Shown here piece by piece: positions 27,601 through 32,000 of a stretch of 32,000 nucleotides of DNA (the stretch's first letter is position 1; every line of letters begins with the position of its first letter). Both the position numbers and the translations under genes were made by a program. Location of the stretch: contig CAYRPF010000016.1 of NCBI GenBank assembly GCA_964426185.1, forward strand, positions 1 to 32,000. The letters run 5' to 3'. The stretch is from an uncultured archaeon. Its GTDB lineage: Archaea; Asgardarchaeota; Lokiarchaeia; Sigyniarchaeales; Promethearchaeaceae. Below the pieces are notes generated by a model that was given only the letters and a program-made list of their open reading frames with translations, was not told the origin of the DNA and did no database searches.

Positions 27601-28158
27601 ATGACTAAAAACTCTAATACAATAGGGAAAATGCATTTTTATTATGGAATGGGTCCTGGAAAAACTTCCATTACACTTGGTCGGATAATCCGTGCTTTAG
27701 GTCATGGATTAAAACCAATTTTGATCCAATTTCTAAAGAAACATGACCCTTCTGGGAAGAAAGGCTTTTTCTATGGAGAATATATTACATTAACTGAACT
27801 TCTCAATGTACCGATTATGCAATTCGGAAATTATCATTTTGTAAAAACTACCTCACAAGTTGAGGCTAACCGTCAAATGGCAGCAGATGCCCTCCAACAA
27901 ATGCAAGAAATTTTGCACTCTGACGATTACGATCTAATTGTGTTGGATGAATTGGGTTCGATGATTGAACTGAACCTTTATTCCGAAGAGCAAATTTTCG
28001 CTCTTTTGGCTTCACGCGACCCCCATGCAGAGATTATAATCACTGGGCATCAGCCTATTGAAAAAATTATTGAAATCGCAGATTATGTCACTCATCTGCA
28101 AGAAGTTAAGCATCCATTTCAACAAGGGATTCAAGCGAGAGAAGGCATCGAATATTGA
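27601..28158 (+). CDS. cobO: cob(I)alamin adenosyltransferase (CobA/CobO/BtuR)
   Basis: YYGMGPGKT, IQFLK, LDEL, IITG, ADYVT and KHPFQQGIQAREGIEY. Confidence 0.9.
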   Translation: MTKNSNTIGKMHFYYGMGPGKTSITLGRIIRALGHGLKPILIQFLKKHDPSGKKGFFYGEYITLTELLNVPIMQFGNYHFVKTTSQVEANRQMAADALQQMQEILHSDDYDLIVLDELGSMIELNLYSEEQIFALLASRDPHAEIIITGHQPIEKIIEIADYVTHLQEVKHPFQQGIQAREGIEY

Positions 28159-28260
28159 GCAAAAAGAAAATATTCAAAATGGATACCTCCGACATTATAT
28201 CATTAAACATGTTTTTTTGGAACTATAACACTAATCAACCTTAATCAAATCGTGAGAAAT

Positions 28261-29973
28261 ATGACTGAAAATTCTCAAAAAAATCTCCAGCAAAAGCTGG
28301 TAGAAGAAACGGAACGATGGATTAATTCCACCGTAGCAAAATCCTTGGAAAAAGTGCCAGAACGGAAAAGAAAATTTAAAACTCTATCTGATATCCCCGT
28401 AAAAGCTCTCTACACACCTGCAGACATTGCGGATCTAGATTATTTTAGGGATTTAGGCTTTCCAGGTGAGTTTCCATTTATTCGAGCGGCGCAACCCACA
28501 AACTATCGGGCGCGCTTTTGGACTATGAGGCAATTTGCGGGTTTGGGTACTGCGAAAGAAACAAACCAACGATTTAAATACTTAATCAAGAACGGCCAAA
28601 CTGGATTATCGGTGGCTTTCCACCTACCTACTCTATATGGACATGAATCCGGGTCTCCTATGAGTGCGGGTGAGATTGGTAAAGAAGGTGTGGCTATCGA
28701 TACACTTGCCGATATGGAAGTAGTCTTTGACGGAATTGACCTCAGTAAAATAAGCACTTCTATGACGATTAATGCCCCTGCTTCGATTTTACTGGCAATG
28801 TATCTTGCCGTAGGAGAAAAAAAAGGTATTCCTATGGAAAAACTCACGGGAACTATTCAAAACGATATCTTAAAAGAATATCAAGCCCAAAAATCTTATA
28901 TATTCCCTCCGGAGCCTTCAATGCGATTAATTGTAGATACAATTGAATTCTGTACAAATCACGTGCCTAAATGGAACACTATCAGCATCAGTGGTTATCA
29001 TATTCGTGAAGCAGGATCCACCTCCGTTCAAGAGTTGGCTTTTACGTTGGCGAATGGTTTTGCTTATGTAGAAGCAGGAATGGAACGAGGACTAAATGTG
29101 GATGATTTTGCTCCCCGATTATCTTTCTTTTTTAATGCACATAACAATTTCTTTGAAGAAATAGCAAAATACCGCGCTGCTCGTAGAATTTGGGCTCGTC
29201 ACATGAAGGAGATCTACCATGCTAAAGATCCTCGTTCCTGGCGCTTGAGATTTCACACCCAAACTGCTGGAGTATCGTTAACCGCTCAAGAGCCCTATAA
29301 CAACATCATTCGAGTTACTCTTCAAGCGTTGGCTGCGGTTCTAGGAGGTACGCAATCCTTGCATACCAATTCATTTGATGAAGCTCTGGCGCTACCTTCA
29401 GAAGAAGCGGTGAAAATCGCCTTGAGAACCCAGCAAATAATTGCCTATGAATCTGGTGTTCCTGATGTAATTGATCCTCTTGGTGGTTCCTACTATGTAG
29501 AATGGTTAACTAACCGGATGGAGGCAGAAGCAGAAAAATATTTCGAGCATATTAAAAAATTGGGTAATGGTTCTATGCTACAAGGGGCTTATGTCGGAAT
29601 AAAGAACAATTTTTACCAACGAGAGATTGCCAACTCATCCTATCATTATCAGAAAGAAATTGAATCGAAAGAGCTGGTACAAGTAAGCGTAAATAAATTC
29701 AATCAAGTCGCAGAAAAGGAGAAAAAACCCGAAATTCTTAAAATTTCCGAGAAAGTGGCTGAAGAACAGATTGCATCTCTTCAAAAGATAAAATCGGAAC
29801 GTAATAATGAAAAAGCAAATGCTTGTCTGGAAATTTTGCGAACAAAGGCTAAAACGAATGAGAATTTAATGCCATATATTTTAGATGCTGTGAAAGCCTA
29901 CTGTTCGGTGGGAGAAATCGTAGATGTATTTAGAGAAGTTTTTGGAGTTTATCGGGAGGAATCTATTTTTTAA
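28261..29973 (+). CDS. B12-dependent acyl-CoA mutase large subunit (isobutyryl-CoA mutase-like signature)
   Basis: WTMRQFAG, STSMTIN, QNDILKEYQAQK, ISISGYHIREAG, RFHTQTAG and QSLHTNSFDEA. Confidence 0.9.
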   Translation: MTENSQKNLQQKLVEETERWINSTVAKSLEKVPERKRKFKTLSDIPVKALYTPADIADLDYFRDLGFPGEFPFIRAAQPTNYRARFWTMRQFAGLGTAKETNQRFKYLIKNGQTGLSVAFHLPTLYGHESGSPMSAGEIGKEGVAIDTLADMEVVFDGIDLSKISTSMTINAPASILLAMYLAVGEKKGIPMEKLTGTIQNDILKEYQAQKSYIFPPEPSMRLIVDTIEFCTNHVPKWNTISISGYHIREAGSTSVQELAFTLANGFAYVEAGMERGLNVDDFAPRLSFFFNAHNNFFEEIAKYRAARRIWARHMKEIYHAKDPRSWRLRFHTQTAGVSLTAQEPYNNIIRVTLQALAAVLGGTQSLHTNSFDEALALPSEEAVKIALRTQQIIAYESGVPDVIDPLGGSYYVEWLTNRMEAEAEKYFEHIKKLGNGSMLQGAYVGIKNNFYQREIANSSYHYQKEIESKELVQVSVNKFNQVAEKEKKPEILKISEKVAEEQIASLQKIKSERNNEKANACLEILRTKAKTNENLMPYILDAVKAYCSVGEIVDVFREVFGVYREESIF

Positions 29974-30005
29974 AAAAATATAGAAAAATAAAAGAAGGTG
30001 TGAAG

Positions 30006-30401
30006 ATGGAACAAAAAATACGCATAATTGTGGCTAAACCAGGACTTGATGGGCATGATAGAGGTGCAAAAGTTATTTCTCGCGGATTGCGGGATGCTGG
30101 ATTCGAAGTGATTTATACAGGATTACATCAGACTCCAGATGATATTGTACAAAGTGTGCTTCAAGAAGATCCAGATGCTTTATTGTTATCAATTCTTTCA
30201 GGCGCTCACCCTGTGTTATTTCCAGAAATAATGAAGAAATTGCATGAAAATGGGATTGATGATGTGTTAGTTCTCGGTGGTGGGATCATACCGGAAGAAG
30301 ATGTTCCAGCTTTAAAAGAAACTGGTATTGGTGAAGTATTCGGACCTGGAACCAAGATTCAAGAAATAGCCGATTATATCCGTGCACATTTGAAACGCTA
30401 A
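30006..30401 (+). CDS. acyl-CoA mutase small cobalamin-binding subunit
   Basis: KPGLDGHDRG (DxHxxG), SILSGAH, GGIIP and FGPGT. Confidence 0.93.
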   Translation: MEQKIRIIVAKPGLDGHDRGAKVISRGLRDAGFEVIYTGLHQTPDDIVQSVLQEDPDALLLSILSGAHPVLFPEIMKKLHENGIDDVLVLGGGIIPEEDVPALKETGIGEVFGPGTKIQEIADYIRAHLKR

Positions 30402-30475
30402 ATATTTTTTCATTCTATTGTAAAAAAAAAAAATTTCAATTGAATACTTAAAAAAATACTTGGAATAGAATATAC

Positions 30476-31525
30476 ATGACTTTATCTAAGATATCTGATG
30501 AAAATATAAAAAAATTTATAGATTTACTCAAAGATCCTACCGATTCTGTCAAAAAAAAGAGAGCTTTAGCCAGATTAATTACCTTCATCGAAAATGGTGG
30601 ACCTGAAATTGCTAAAAAAATCATACCTCAAATTTATCATTTGACAGGTCACGCTCAAATAATTGGGATTACTGGAGCACCAGGTTCGGGAAAATCTACT
30701 TTAACTGCAAAAATTGCCGCACACTTCTTAGATCAAGGATTAAAAGTTAGTGTGGTGGCAGTTGATCCTACTTCTCCTTTTAGCGGTGGCGCTCTTTTAG
30801 GTGATCGAATCCGGATGAAAGATATATTTACTCATCCTAATTTCTTTATCAGATCAATGGCCAATAGAGGTCAACTTGGCGGATTAGCCATGGCTACAAA
30901 GGATGTAATCCATGTTTTAGATGCATATCATAGTGATATAATCATTGTTGAAACGGTAGGTGTGGGGCAATCGGAAATTGATATTTTTAAAAGCGCTCAT
31001 ACTACCTTGGTTATCACACCACCTGGTTTGGGAGATGAAATTCAAGCAATCAAGGCTGGGTTGATGGAAATTACCGATATTTTTGTAGTAAATAAAATGG
31101 ATCGAGAAGGTGCTGACAAAAGGGTGGCTGAATTGGAAACTATGCTAGATTTTGCTGAAAATATTGATGTGCAAAGTGATCAAACCCAAGCTAAAGTGGT
31201 GCGTTGTGATGGGTGGCGTCCACCGGTCATTAAGACTAATGGTCTTACAGGAGAAAATGTTCAATTACTCTTGGAGAACATCAAAAAACATCAAGAATTT
31301 TTAGAAAAATCAGGTTTTAAAAAGCGACGATTGCAATTTCGATATAAACACTATATTATTGAGATATTAAAGTATTTTCTTGTGAAAAATGTGGAAGAAA
31401 TAGTGTTTACCAATGAGAAAATTAATGAATTTATCGAAAAAATCCTAAGTTATGAGCATGGTTCAGACCCCTATTCTATCTCAGAGGCTATTATGGAAAT
31501 ATTTCGCGATAGGTATTTCACATGA
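30476..31525 (+). CDS. meaB: MeaB/ArgK GTPase chaperone of B12 mutases
   Basis: GAPGSGKST, VDPTSPFSGGALLGDRIRM, ETVGVGQSE and NKMD. Confidence 0.93.
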   Translation: MTLSKISDENIKKFIDLLKDPTDSVKKKRALARLITFIENGGPEIAKKIIPQIYHLTGHAQIIGITGAPGSGKSTLTAKIAAHFLDQGLKVSVVAVDPTSPFSGGALLGDRIRMKDIFTHPNFFIRSMANRGQLGGLAMATKDVIHVLDAYHSDIIIVETVGVGQSEIDIFKSAHTTLVITPPGLGDEIQAIKAGLMEITDIFVVNKMDREGADKRVAELETMLDFAENIDVQSDQTQAKVVRCDGWRPPVIKTNGLTGENVQLLLENIKKHQEFLEKSGFKKRRLQFRYKHYIIEILKYFLVKNVEEIVFTNEKINEFIEKILSYEHGSDPYSISEAIMEIFRDRYFT

Positions 31526-32000
31526 ACCCCCCGATTCTTCTAGTATATGGTGGTGGCAAATTTGGAACGATAGTATTTCAAAAATTTCATTCCACCCATC
31601 GCCTGCTGATAATTGATAATGATCGAGAGTGTGCTGCAGCTCAACTTCCTATTCCTAAAATTATTGAGAAAAACCTCAAAGTTCAAACTGCTCAAATAAT
31701 GCAAACAAAGGATTCATGTTTTATTTTAGGTGATATCGAGACCGTTGTCTATTTATTGGACAAAATTTCAATTGATTTTCTGATCCCAGTGGCACCAATT
31801 CACATTATGAAGGAGATACTAGTTTCACATTTCATTCAGCAATTTCCTTCTTTATTGATTTCTGAAGATGTAGAACTTGCATTGCCTTCGGATTTAATCC
31901 CCCCAGAACTCCAAATATTTTCAAATTCGCCCCAAACTCTTTATCTTTCTTATGCGAAATGGGAAGAACGATGCCCTGACAATTGTCCAGGGCCAACTGG
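31522..32000 (+). CDS. partial Rossmann-fold (NAD-binding) protein with Cys-rich segment; runs off the window
   Basis: Not in the ORF track. ATG at 31522 overlaps the meaB stop (ATGA) and reads MNPPILLVYGGGKFG...LIIDND...PVAPIH...SYAKWEERCPDNCPGP with no stop. Confidence 0.75.
   Translation, partial: MNPPILLVYGGGKFGTIVFQKFHSTHRLLIIDNDRECAAAQLPIPKIIEKNLKVQTAQIMQTKDSCFILGDIETVVYLLDKISIDFLIPVAPIHIMKEILVSHFIQQFPSLLISEDVELALPSDLIPPELQIFSNSPQTLYLSYAKWEERCPDNCPGPT

Noticed and set aside
774-28847. Short antisense or alternate-frame ORFs in the track (e.g. 774, 2641, 4014, 4217, 5206, 8544, 9162, 9515, 9798, 11426, 11611, 13621, 14089, 15962, 17864, 18278, 18719, 19923, 20122, 20801, 23992, 24610, 26311, 26743, 28503)
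   Set aside because: They overlap well-supported genes and show no motifs; treated as shadow ORFs
28261-29973. Methylmalonyl-CoA mutase
   Set aside because: It lacks the Tyr/Arg carboxylate-binding pair and has Phe/Gln instead

Overview
AT-rich, gene-dense archaeal chromosomal window, most likely from an Asgard archaeon (Lokiarchaeia/Promethearchaeota). That placement is inferred from rpl35ae, a PAC2 chaperone, XPD, a Rab-like small GTPase, Bet3/V4R-like proteins and an IPGY (Loki-CTERM-type) sorting tail. No rRNA, tRNA, CRISPR array or intact mobile element was seen. The main result is a selenoprotein gene that the ORF track truncates. It lies at 15655..15320 on the minus strand (111 aa) and has an in-frame TGA in a G-U-C-G motif, a hairpin 6 nt after the UGA, and a eukaryote-like SECIS (AUGA...AA...GA) in its 3' UTR. 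It sits head-to-head with thioredoxin. Other highlights: (1) a threonine-synthase-fold protein with the PLP lysine replaced by Arg and a C-terminal winged-HTH, next to an ECF S-component whose promoter has a 26-bp palindrome (candidate vitamin-B6-sensing regulator system); (2) a coupled pair of Bet3/TRAPP-V4R-like genes; (3) a B12 acyl-CoA mutase cluster with isobutyryl-CoA mutase (F/Q) signature residues; (4) a bacterial-type TIM with a rebuilt loop 6. All family calls come from motif recognition by eye; no searches were run.
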